A DNA stretch of 62,620 bases, filler included. It is 3 parts of 3 records of this genome, joined end to end, with 100 filler letters (N's around TTAATTAATTAA, not from the genome) between each part and the next. Parts side by side here need not be neighbours in the genome. Positions count along the whole stretch, not along the records: positions 1 to 30,194 come from SRR20825010_2850; positions 30,295 to 57,910 come from SRR20825010_2857; 1 more part is not named here. The stretch is one strand, 5' to 3'. The number at the start of each line of letters is the position of its first letter. Within the stretch, counting starts at the first letter, position 1. The notes beneath the pieces are model-generated. The model was not told where the DNA came from, searched no databases, and saw only the letters and a program-made list of their open reading frames with translations. Below, one piece after another: positions 29,904 to 39,040 of the stretch. Position numbers and translations under genes: made by a program.

Positions 29904-30194
29904 TTAGGCAAAGTTTACCTTAAACCAATTTTAAAAATCTTTAATGCTTGCAGATCCTTTACCTCTAGGTTGGGATATGTAGGCATTTTTTTATTGTTTA
30001 ACCTATAAATTTCCCGGCAAACAAATAATTCAACTTAACAATTCTCAAAATAGGCCTTATTTAACAATTCCATGTTCTATTCTTAATTAATACATTTTTT
30101 GATAAAATTATCTATGGATTCGCATAATTATTCTTATTATTAGTGGAGTTTTATTCAACAAAGTAAAAACCATGAAAAATAAGGCATATTTATT

Positions 30195-30294
30195 NNNNNN
30201 NNNNNNNNNNNNNNNNNNNNNNNNNNNNNNNNNNNNNNTTAATTAATTAANNNNNNNNNNNNNNNNNNNNNNNNNNNNNNNNNNNNNNNNNNNN
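30195..30294. other. Artificial contig linker
   Basis: 44 N + TTAATTAATTAA (stops in all six frames) + 44 N. Confidence 0.97.
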
Positions 30295-30300
30295 TTCTTT

Positions 30301-30368
30301 TCCTGAGGCACGAAGGATCTAAATTTCCCAATTCATAAATCTGTTTCTAGTTCCTTCGTGCCTCAGGA
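30301..30368. repeat. REP-like inverted repeat pair
   Basis: TCCTGAGGCACGAAGGA (30301-30317) and its perfect reverse complement (30352-30368). Confidence 0.8.
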
Positions 30369-30423
30369 TGAAAAGCAGTGTACATACAATTACATTAGAG
30401 ATTAGTTTTCGGCTTACCTCCTC

Positions 30424-31344
30424 TTAATAAAAAGCCAAGATCAAAGCGGCTGAAGCTACACCCACAAATATCCAAAGCACAATGCCGTACACCAAAGGTT
30501 TATAGCCCACTATTTTAAACTCTTTGAGACTTAAACTCGCCCCCATTAAAAAGAGCACCAGTGACATCAGTGACTTTGAAAAAGTAAACATGCTTAATGT
30601 TAGTGCTTTTGGCAGCGGAAAAAAGGTTGAAATGACCATGGCAAGTATAAAGAAGAGCACGAACCAAGGAAATTTGAATTGCTTTTTATCTTTGGTGAAA
30701 ACGGCCATTCCGAGCATCAATGGGATAATCCACAATACTCTCACCAGTTTGGCAGTTGTAGCCAACTCCAAAGCTTCTTTGCCATATACTGAAGCAGCTC
30801 CCACTACCGAACTGGTATCGTGAATCGCTATGGCACACCATAGCCCGAATTGATGTTGTGTCATGTGCATAAAAGCTCCGAGGCTAGGAAAAATAAAAAC
30901 GGCCACGGCATTCAGTACAAAAACCACCGCCAAAGCAGAAGATATCTCTCTGGTAGAAGCGTTAATCACAGGCGCCATTGAGGCTATGGCACTTCCTCCA
31001 CAAATAGCAGTTCCGGAAGAGATTAAGAAAGACATTTTCTTATCTAGGTGAAATTTTTTTGTCAGGAACAAGCCCAAACCCAACACAGCAACAACGGAAA
31101 GCGCTGTCAATGTAAAGCCTTCTGAACCTGCAGCAATGGCTTTATCCACCGCAATGCAAAAACCCAATGCCACAACCGCAATTTGCAGCAACCATTTTGT
31201 GATTTTTGGCACTTGGCTAAAACCGACATCCCCTATTATACTCCCGAAAATAAGCCCCATGATTAAGGCTATCGGTGCATTAATCGCAGGCAAAAGGCAT
31301 AGCGCAGCCAGGCCTAAAAAAAGGCTTCGTTTAAACGTCAACAT
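30424..31344 (-). CDS. YeiH-family (putative sulfate/sulfite exporter) membrane protein
   Basis: Multiple TM helices; GTAICGGSAIA, AIHDTSSVVGAA and AKLVRVLWIIP motifs. Confidence 0.9.
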   Translation of the reverse strand: MLTFKRSLFLGLAALCLLPAINAPIALIMGLIFGSIIGDVGFSQVPKITKWLLQIAVVALGFCIAVDKAIAAGSEGFTLTALSVVAVLGLGLFLTKKFHLDKKMSFLISSGTAICGGSAIASMAPVINASTREISSALAVVFVLNAVAVFIFPSLGAFMHMTQHQFGLWCAIAIHDTSSVVGAASVYGKEALELATTAKLVRVLWIIPLMLGMAVFTKDKKQFKFPWFVLFFILAMVISTFFPLPKALTLSMFTFSKSLMSLVLFLMGASLSLKEFKIVGYKPLVYGIVLWIFVGVASAALILAFY

Positions 31345-31364
31345 AGCAAGGGTTTGAAAAAAGG

Positions 31365-32543
31365 TTAGTTCAAATTCTCTAGGTACTTATAGCCGCTTCC
31401 CGTATTGATCATCAGTATTTTTTCGGAGCGAGAAATTTCTCCACTAGCAATAAGCTTCGGAATTGCTTTCCAAAGCGCAGCTCCTTCGGGCGCTACCAGC
31501 ACCCCTTCTTGCTTGGCCATTTCCTTCACGCCATCAATCATTTCTTGTTCAGAAACTGTCACCGAAGTACCGCCAGACTCTTTCACCACACGGTGAATCA
31601 TATCCTGACCGAATGCCACAGGCACAGCCAATCCATTGGCCAAAGACTCTGTGTATTCAGAAATGTCCTTGGTAATTCCATTCAGTGAATCAACTACAGG
31701 AGAACAATTGGCGGCCTGCACCACAATCATTCTCGGTAATTTCGTGTCAGCACTTAACCAACCTAAATCAATCATTTCATGAAAAGCTTTCCAGATCCCG
31801 AGTAGGCCTGTGCCTCCACCCGTTGGGTACAAAATCACATCTGGCAATTGCCAATTCATTTGTTCGGCAATTTCATAACCCATGGTTTTCTTTCCTTCTA
31901 GTCGGTATGGCTCTTTTAAGGTGGAAATATTGAAAGCGCCTTGCTCCTTCTCGATTTTAGCCGCCAAAGCCCCGCATTGATTGATCAATCCCTTTACTAA
32001 AATAAGCTCAGCTCCGTAATACTGGCATTCCTCCTGAAATATTTTGGGCGTGTGGCTCGGCATAATCACCGTGGCTTTGATCCCTGCCGAAGCACAATAG
32101 GCAGCCATCGCCCCTCCTGCATTTCCAGCAGTTGGAACAACGCATTTTTTCACCCCTAATTCTTTGGCTTTTGAAACAGCCATGCTCAATCCACGGGCCT
32201 TGAAAGAACCCGTTGGATTGAGTGATTCATCTTTCATTTGAAGATCATTCAGCCCCAATTGAGCGGCCAAACGCTTGAGCGGCAATACGGGAGTCATGCC
32301 CTCTCCAAGCGAAACAATGTTGGCCTCATCTAAAACAGGCAACATTTCGCGATAGCGCCACATGGTGGGTTTCCTGTCCTTAAGGTCAGAAATACCAAAG
32401 GACTCGGTGGCATGATACTGTACGACCAATGGCTTGTTGCAGCAAGTGGCAAAAGTCTGCAGTTCATGAAGTGAGTATGATTTTTTACATTTGGAGCATT
32501 CCAAATGACTGGCGAGCGATGTTTGTGTTTTGGTGAAGTTCAT
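31365..32543 (-). CDS. Threonine-synthase-family PLP enzyme (fold type II) with an N-terminal Cys-rich knuckle
   Basis: SLGEGMTP, NPTGSFKARG (PLP lysine), AGNAG, EGKKTMG and PTGGG motifs; substrate uncertain. Confidence 0.85.
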   Translation of the reverse strand: MNFTKTQTSLASHLECSKCKKSYSLHELQTFATCCNKPLVVQYHATESFGISDLKDRKPTMWRYREMLPVLDEANIVSLGEGMTPVLPLKRLAAQLGLNDLQMKDESLNPTGSFKARGLSMAVSKAKELGVKKCVVPTAGNAGGAMAAYCASAGIKATVIMPSHTPKIFQEECQYYGAELILVKGLINQCGALAAKIEKEQGAFNISTLKEPYRLEGKKTMGYEIAEQMNWQLPDVILYPTGGGTGLLGIWKAFHEMIDLGWLSADTKLPRMIVVQAANCSPVVDSLNGITKDISEYTESLANGLAVPVAFGQDMIHRVVKESGGTSVTVSEQEMIDGVKEMAKQEGVLVAPEGAALWKAIPKLIASGEISRSEKILMINTGSGYKYLENLN

Positions 32544-32598
32544 GATGCAAAAGTGCATCGCTAATCATAACCAATCAAATGATTAAAAGTAACCCACT

Positions 32599-32613
32599 AT
32601 AACTATAGGTTAT
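32599..32613. promoter_or_regulatory. LysR-type T-N11-A palindromic binding site upstream of the thrC-like/yeiH operon
   Basis: ATAAC-TATAG-GTTAT, 56-70 nt upstream of ATG 32543. Confidence 0.6.
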
Positions 32614-33502
32614 ACATAAGCTTGGCTTCTTTGATGAAAGCCTTGGTTACATCCGTCATGGTTTCACCTGTTCTTGTCACAAAATTGAAACTTCGTTCTA
32701 CCGCCAAGCCGGGGATATTTACTTCGGTTAGTAAACCCAAAGCCACTTCGCGTTTTACCGCCAAAGGCGAAAGAAAACCTACAGCGGTATCTTCCACCAA
32801 AAAATTCTTAAGCACTTCGGTGCCACCCAATCGTACTTTTATGTTCAGGTCGGAGGACTTTATATTCAACTGCGCTATTTTTCTAGACCAAGCAGACAAG
32901 GTTCCTGAACCCACTTCGCGTAGGGCCAAAGGAATTTCCTTTAGCTCTTTCATCGAAATTTCACGCCCAGCATAAGGGCTATGCGTGGAACAAATCGGAA
33001 TGATTTTATCCGTCATAAAGAAGTCATAATGAAGCCCGCTCGCCTCATGTTTATCTTCTACCACAGCCAAATCAATTTCTTCATTGGTCAGCGCTTTTAG
33101 AATGTTCTCAGTATTTCGATTGATCAAAGTGATTTTCACCAATGGCCATTTTTTTCGGAACGAAGAAAGCACCTTTGGCAAAACATACAGTGACAGTGTG
33201 GTACTGGCGCCTATTCTCAATTCACCTTTGGCTGTCAGCTGACTTTTAATGATGTCCATATCCGACTCCATGCGTTTTTGGATATGCTTGGCCTCTCGCA
33301 AATAGCTCAGCATTTTCTCCCCTTGCGGGGTTAGAAATACTGCGTTCCCCTTGCGCTGAAAAAGCGGGACTTCCATTTCACCTTCAAGCTTTTTTATCTG
33401 TTTGCTTACTGCTGGCTGCGAAATACAAAGCACTTCTGCTGCTCTTGAAAAGCTCAGGTGGCTGGCAACTGCATAAAAAACTTCGTGCGAAACTGATAGC
33501 AT
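32603..33502 (-). CDS. LysR-family regulator, CysL/YeiE-like
   Basis: HTH LSFSRAAEVLCISQPAVSKQIKKLE; GASTT and REVGSGT motifs. Confidence 0.9.
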   Translation of the reverse strand: MLSVSHEVFYAVASHLSFSRAAEVLCISQPAVSKQIKKLEGEMEVPLFQRKGNAVFLTPQGEKMLSYLREAKHIQKRMESDMDIIKSQLTAKGELRIGASTTLSLYVLPKVLSSFRKKWPLVKITLINRNTENILKALTNEEIDLAVVEDKHEASGLHYDFFMTDKIIPICSTHSPYAGREISMKELKEIPLALREVGSGTLSAWSRKIAQLNIKSSDLNIKVRLGGTEVLKNFLVEDTAVGFLSPLAVKREVALGLLTEVNIPGLAVERSFNFVTRTGETMTDVTKAFIKEAKLMYNL

Positions 33503-33643
33503 AGGCCGCAATATACTGGATTGGTGGAAAGAAGGCTATGAAACATTTTCTCGTTTCTATTTTGAAATTCATAAAACGGCTTGTACGTTTGCATCCACAA
33601 GTCGAGAATTCTTGTTTTGGCATCAGCCAAATTTCAAGAGTCG

Positions 33644-33760
33644 ATTTATACAGAAGCGTGGAGAGATAGGCTCTATGAAGCGCTAGCAACCATCCGCAGA
33701 GGAAAGGTGCTAATTCCTAATCCCAAAAGAAAGCCAAGTGGTTTTCGGGAGAATATAAAT
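33644..33760 (+). ncRNA. SAM-I (S-box) riboswitch
   Basis: P1 ATTTATA/TATAAAT; AGA..GGAGAGATAGGCTCTATGAAGC kink-turn region; GCAACC; AAGGTGCTAATTCC; lies upstream of metX. Confidence 0.9.
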
Positions 33761-33928
33761 TTGACAGTTATGCAAACCTATTTATCCTTTGCGGACAAGC
33801 GTCCGCTCAACATCGTACCCTCAAAATCAGGGTCAATTCTTCATGTCCAAATTTGTTGTTTGATTGCAGCTTAATTCTGAATTTCTCAGAATTCTTTCCT
33901 GCTATTCTACACCCAAAATTCTTGTGTC

Positions 33929-34993
33929 ATGATGACATCAATTCCATTTACTCAAAATTCAAAAAAAGTGAACGATTCGTTGCACTATTACCATCATTCG
34001 GGAGAGTTCCGTCTGGAATCTGGAGACGTTCTCGCTGATATTCAGATTGCCTACCAAACCTTTGGTGAACTCAATGCAGACAAAAGCAATGTGGTTTGGG
34101 TTTGCCATGCCCTAACGGCAAATACAGATCCAATACAGTGGTGGCCGGGTTTAATTGGGTATAATTACCTGATCAATCCGGAAGAACATTTCATTGTTTG
34201 CGCCAATATTTTAGGCTCATGCTATGGCACTACTGGCCCTAGAGACTTCGACCCAAAGACAGGAGAAAGATATCTTTCCAACTTTCCGAATGTCACTATT
34301 CGTGATCAAGTGAAAGCCCATATTCTACTCAAGAACCATTTGAGAATTGACCGTATTACATTAGGCATGGGCGGTTCTACTGGAGGTCAGCAGCTTTTGG
34401 AATGGGCTATTGAAGAACCCGTTTTCGATAAATTATTTGTGATCGCCACTTCGGCACAAAGCAGCCCTTGGGGAAAAGCCATTCGTGCGGCACAACGCAT
34501 GGCTATCGAAGCAGATCAGTCATTTTATTCCAACTCGGTTAACGGAGGAAAGAAAGGAATGGAAGCCGCTAGGGCAATGGCATTGCTGTCTTATCGCACA
34601 CCCGGCACTTTTAACCAAAGCCAAAAAGATGACAACGAGGCACTAGAGGATTATAAAGCCGAAAGCTATCAACGTTACCAAGGCATGAAACTGAGCAACA
34701 GGTTTGACGCTCGCAGCTATTATGTTTTGGGCAAAACAATGGACTCACACAATGTAGGTCGCGGTAGAGGAGGCATTCAAAAAGCATTGGCCACATTAAA
34801 GGCAGAAACCTTAATCATTGGCATTGAAAGCGACATTCTGTTCCCAATAAAAGACCAGCAAACTATAGCGGAGCATTTACCGAATTCAACATTCAAAATC
34901 ATTCAATCCGATTATGGTCATGACGGCTTCTTAATCGAAACTCAAAAAATATCTGAAATACTAAAACCATTCTTAAGTAATGAGAGCAATTAA
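33929..34993 (+). CDS. metX: Homoserine O-acetyltransferase (MetX family)
   Basis: VCHALT, WWPGLIG, N.LGSCYG, GGSTGG nucleophile loop, SDILFP and YGHDGFL motifs. Confidence 0.92.
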   Translation: MMTSIPFTQNSKKVNDSLHYYHHSGEFRLESGDVLADIQIAYQTFGELNADKSNVVWVCHALTANTDPIQWWPGLIGYNYLINPEEHFIVCANILGSCYGTTGPRDFDPKTGERYLSNFPNVTIRDQVKAHILLKNHLRIDRITLGMGGSTGGQQLLEWAIEEPVFDKLFVIATSAQSSPWGKAIRAAQRMAIEADQSFYSNSVNGGKKGMEAARAMALLSYRTPGTFNQSQKDDNEALEDYKAESYQRYQGMKLSNRFDARSYYVLGKTMDSHNVGRGRGGIQKALATLKAETLIIGIESDILFPIKDQQTIAEHLPNSTFKIIQSDYGHDGFLIETQKISEILKPFLSNESN

Positions 34994-36254
34994 AATAGGC
35001 CTTTTCGGCTTTGGCTGTGTAGGACAAGGCCTCTATCAAACCATCAACAATTCGAAAAACTTTGAAGGTGAGATCGTGAAAATTTGCGTGAAAGACCGCC
35101 ATAAAGCACGAAGTCTTCCAAATGGGATTTTCACCTATAACAAAGAAGAAATTCTAAACGACTCTTCGATTGATGTGATTGTTGAACTGATTGACAATGC
35201 GGAAGCTGCGCTTGAAATTGTAACCACGGCCTTGAAAAATGGCAAGTCGGTGGTAACAGCCAACAAGAAAATGGTAGCTGAAAATCTTGAATACCTTATT
35301 GATTTACAAAAGAAAACTGGAAAAGGGATTTTGTATGAGGGTGCGGTTTGTGGTAGTATTCCCATCATCAGAACTTTAGAAGAATATTTTGGACATGAAC
35401 CATTGAATGAAATCAAAGGTATATTCAATGGCTCCACCAATTATATATTGACCAAGATTTTTGATGAGCGCTTAGATTACGCACAAGCTTTGGAAGAGGC
35501 CAAAGAAAAGGGTTTTGCAGAGAGTGATCCTACGCTCGATGTAAAGGGCTTCGACCCTAAATTTAAGTTGAGTATATTATTGACGCATGCTTTTGGCATC
35601 AACGTATCTCCAGATAAGATTGCCAATTTGGGCATCGACCATTTACAGCCAAGTGATTTAGAGTTTGCGAGAAAACACGGCTATAGAATTAAGCTGATTG
35701 CTCAAGCTTCGCGCAGGAATGATGAGGTGTTTGCCTGCGTTTTACCTCAGTTTATAAAGGCGAACCATAACCTCAGAAATGTAAATAATGAATTCAATGC
35801 AGTTACCCTGAACGGTGAATTCTGTGACGATCAATTATTTATTGGCAAGGGTGCTGGTAGTTTACCAACTGGCGCGGCTGTACTTTCCGACATTTCCGCT
35901 TTGAGCTATGATTACAAATACGAATACAAAAAGCACTACAATCAGGGCAAGGTTCATTTCAGCATCGAAAACGCTGTAACGGTATACGCCAGTTTTGAAA
36001 AACCAGATCATATTGATCTGAACGAGTTCGAGGCCGTTTCTGAAAAATTCTTCTGCTTTGACAGAAGTTATGTGATCGGTAAAATTAAACTTTCTAAACT
36101 ACTTCAATCTAAATGGGTTTATAACTCGAAAATCTCAGTTGTACAATTCGACAATGACACCGAAATTTCGGAGGAATTAGACCTTAATGCACTGGAAAAC
36201 GAGATTTTAGAATTGAGAAAAGGACAAAAATTGAGAGAAAAAATCAGCGTTTAG
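34980..36254 (+). CDS. hom: Homoserine dehydrogenase
   Basis: GFGCVG, VVTANK, YEGAVCGSIPII, GIFNGSTNYIL and GFAESDPTLDV motifs. Confidence 0.93.
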   Translation: MRAIKIGLFGFGCVGQGLYQTINNSKNFEGEIVKICVKDRHKARSLPNGIFTYNKEEILNDSSIDVIVELIDNAEAALEIVTTALKNGKSVVTANKKMVAENLEYLIDLQKKTGKGILYEGAVCGSIPIIRTLEEYFGHEPLNEIKGIFNGSTNYILTKIFDERLDYAQALEEAKEKGFAESDPTLDVKGFDPKFKLSILLTHAFGINVSPDKIANLGIDHLQPSDLEFARKHGYRIKLIAQASRRNDEVFACVLPQFIKANHNLRNVNNEFNAVTLNGEFCDDQLFIGKGAGSLPTGAAVLSDISALSYDYKYEYKKHYNQGKVHFSIENAVTVYASFEKPDHIDLNEFEAVSEKFFCFDRSYVIGKIKLSKLLQSKWVYNSKISVVQFDNDTEISEELDLNALENEILELRKGQKLREKISV

Positions 36255-36385
36255 GCAGTATCTTTTAAATGCACGGTTTTTTTACTGAATCCTTCTCCAT
36301 TTTAATCTTTAGTCAATATATTTGTAGCCATTACGGGAGGTCGATTTTCGGCTTTTCTAATTGTTGATTTAAAAGAGATTATTTA

Positions 36386-37690
36386 ATGTCTTCAGTAATT
36401 ATCACTTCGGTAGTCGCATTTTCGGCTGTAATCCTATTGCTTGTATTGATTTTGCTTTACGCACAATCTAAGCTTGTTCAGTCAGGAGATGTAAAAATCA
36501 TCGTTAACGGTGATGAGGCGAACCCTATTATTGCTTCCGCAGGAAGTACCCTTTTGAATACCCTTTCTGGTCAGAAAGTATTTCTTCCATCCGCTTGTGG
36601 TGGTGGTGGTACTTGTGCCATGTGTAAATGTACCATCAACGAAGGTGGAGGCGATGTGCTTCCAACAGAAGTTGGTCACCTTAGCCGTGCTGAACAAAAA
36701 GAAGGCGTTCGTCTTTCTTGCCAAGTAAAGGTGAAGAATGACATGCGTATTGAAATACCAGAAGAAATATTTGGTATTAAGAAATGGGAATGTGAAGTGG
36801 TTTCAAACTATAACGTAGCCTCATTCATTAAAGAATTTGTAGTGAGATTGCCCGAAGGCGAGCACTTGGAATTTGAAGCTGGTGGTTATATTCAGGTAGA
36901 TGTTCCACCTGTAGTTTGTGATTTCAAAACGATTAATATCGAGCCACATCCAAACGATCCAGAAGGCAAAGATAAATTCAAAGGGGATTGGGATAAATTC
37001 CAACTTTGGGATTTGAAAATGGTGAACGAAGAAGAAATCTTCCGTGCCTATTCAATGGCCAACCACCCTGCAGAAGGAAACATTATCATGTTAAACATTC
37101 GTATTGCTACTCCGCCTTGGGACAGAGCAAACAACAAATGGATGGATGTTAACCCTGGTATTTGTTCTTCTTATGTCTTTACTAGAAACCCTGGTGATAA
37201 AGTAACCATTTCAGGTCCTTACGGTGAATTCTTCATTAAGCCTACTGATGCAGAAATGCTATATGTTGGTGGTGGTGCAGGTATGGCGCCAATGAGGTCT
37301 CATTTATTCCACCTTTTCCACACATTGAAAACGGGAAGAAAAGTATCTTACTGGTATGGTGGACGTTCTAAAAGAGAGCTTTTCTACTTAGATGATTTCC
37401 AAAAAATTGAAAAGGAATTCCCGAACTTCCAATTCCACCTAGTGCTTTCTGAGCCAATGCCAGAAGACAAGTGGGTAGAGAAGAAAGATGTAAACGACAA
37501 AGAAGGAGACGGTTTCTTAGGTTTTGTTCACCAAGCGGTGATCGACCAATACTTGAGCAAACATGATTCTCCTGAAGATATTGAGTTTTACTTCTGTGGG
37601 CCTCCTATGATGAACGCAGCGGTAATCAAAATGTGCGATGACTGGGGTGTTCCTCCTGAAAACGTAGCATTTGATGACTTTGGTGGTTAA
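36386..37690 (+). CDS. nqrF: Na(+)-translocating NADH:quinone reductase subunit F
   Basis: N-terminal [13 protein letters not shown] 2Fe-2S site, [31 protein letters not shown]. Confidence 0.96.
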   Translation: MSSVIITSVVAFSAVILLLVLILLYAQSKLVQSGDVKIIVNGDEANPIIASAGSTLLNTLSGQKVFLPSACGGGGTCAMCKCTINEGGGDVLPTEVGHLSRAEQKEGVRLSCQVKVKNDMRIEIPEEIFGIKKWECEVVSNYNVASFIKEFVVRLPEGEHLEFEAGGYIQVDVPPVVCDFKTINIEPHPNDPEGKDKFKGDWDKFQLWDLKMVNEEEIFRAYSMANHPAEGNIIMLNIRIATPPWDRANNKWMDVNPGICSSYVFTRNPGDKVTISGPYGEFFIKPTDAEMLYVGGGAGMAPMRSHLFHLFHTLKTGRKVSYWYGGRSKRELFYLDDFQKIEKEFPNFQFHLVLSEPMPEDKWVEKKDVNDKEGDGFLGFVHQAVIDQYLSKHDSPEDIEFYFCGPPMMNAAVIKMCDDWGVPPENVAFDDFGG

Positions 37691-37713
37691 TTAACCCCAA
37701 GCCTAAAATATAG

Positions 37714-37738
37714 AAACCGCTCAATGAGCGGTTTTTTT
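37714..37738 (+). terminator. Intrinsic terminator after nqrF
   Basis: AAACCGCTCA-A-TGAGCGG followed by T7. Confidence 0.85.
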
Positions 37739-37818
37739 ATGCCCTAACATTTTCATTCCACTTTCCCGGATAGACTAAAACAACTATCTTTATTTTTTCC
37801 GAACTAGGCCACATTTAA

Positions 37819-38955
37819 ATGAACCTCAAACTCTTTTTTAGCCCTGTAGATATTTCTGAAGAATTGCCAGCCAACAGTGTAGGTCATTCTGTTCGATCTT
37901 CGGGCAGTGACAATTTTGATATTACTCAATGTGATATTGCCCTTGTGGGTTTAACAGACAACCGAGGTACTGGAGAAGCAGAAGGGGAAAGTGATGGCGT
38001 AGATAAAATTAGAGCAAAGTTCTTTAAGTTAAAAAAGGGGGCTGGGAATTACCGAATTGCCGATTTAGGTAATTTGAAAAGCGGAGAAAGCCTTGAAGAC
38101 ACAAACGATAGACTGAGAGAAGTTTGTGAGTTTTTACTCCGACATAAGATCCTTCCTTTGATTATTGGCGGGTCGCATGACTTTAGTTTTGGACAGTTTC
38201 AAGCCTATGAATCATTACCTGAACTGATTACACTTTTAAATGTGGACGCCACTTTAGACCTCGAACCAAAAGGCGATGAGAATGCTACTTTCTTAGACAA
38301 AATACTGACCTACACGCCAAACTACCTATTCTCCTATAATCATTTAGCCCACCAAAGCTACTTGGTGGGACAAGACCATTTAGGCGTGTTAGACAAACTC
38401 TATTTTGAAGCCATGCGATTGGGCGAGTTACGTGAAAACTTCCAAGAAGCCGAACCGCTGGTGCGGATGGCCAACATGATGACTTTTGACATCACCGCCA
38501 TTCGCAGTGCCGATGCCCCTGCCAACCCAAATGCCCAGCCCTTTGGATTAACAGGCGAAGAAGCTTGCCGACTTTGTTGGTATGCTGGAATGAATGAAAA
38601 ATTAAGTTCCATCAGCATTTCAGGTTTCAACCCAAGTTTAGACGACCAACATGGCAAAACCGCTACGGTAATTGCTACCATGCTCTGGTACTTTGTAGAA
38701 GGCTTCTATAACCGAAAAGACAGCGGCAAGTTCGAGTCCAGCGAATATACACGCTATGTAGTTTCGCAAGAAGGCACGGATGACACGCTAGTTTTCTACA
38801 AAAGTAAGTCGACCGATAAGTGGTGGATGTTGGTTACTTTCGGCAATAAGCACAGTCAGAAAGCTTACCTTCCTTGTAGCTATAAAGACTACACCAATGC
38901 TACACATGGAGAATTACCTGAACGATGGATTCGCGCACAAGCCAAGTTGATATAA
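37819..38955 (+). CDS. Arginase/formimidoylglutamase-family protein with a degenerate metal site
   Basis: ADLGNL, IIGGSHD, PFGLTGEEAC and NP..D motifs. Confidence 0.82.
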   Translation: MNLKLFFSPVDISEELPANSVGHSVRSSGSDNFDITQCDIALVGLTDNRGTGEAEGESDGVDKIRAKFFKLKKGAGNYRIADLGNLKSGESLEDTNDRLREVCEFLLRHKILPLIIGGSHDFSFGQFQAYESLPELITLLNVDATLDLEPKGDENATFLDKILTYTPNYLFSYNHLAHQSYLVGQDHLGVLDKLYFEAMRLGELRENFQEAEPLVRMANMMTFDITAIRSADAPANPNAQPFGLTGEEACRLCWYAGMNEKLSSISISGFNPSLDDQHGKTATVIATMLWYFVEGFYNRKDSGKFESSEYTRYVVSQEGTDDTLVFYKSKSTDKWWMLVTFGNKHSQKAYLPCSYKDYTNATHGELPERWIRAQAKLI

Positions 38956-39040
38956 TTTAAACCCCTCCACCATCCAGAAGGGGTTTTGGTCATTGCTTTG
39001 ACAAGCACTAACCCACACTATTTATCGTATAAATGATGCT

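Noticed and set aside
30239-30250. TTAATTAATTAA palindrome (also at 57955-57966) as a biological site
   Set aside because: Centred in identical N-runs; a synthetic six-frame stop linker
33581-33874. 97-aa ORF from the track
   Set aside because: Its 5' part runs through the SAM-I aptamer; only the portion from ATG 33770 is kept as a tentative leader ORF
37148-37154. GTTAACC inside nqrF (also at 40020 inside the lipoprotein gene) as further ECF promoters
   Set aside because: Intragenic, no YATWAA at 15-16 nt, and on a different contig
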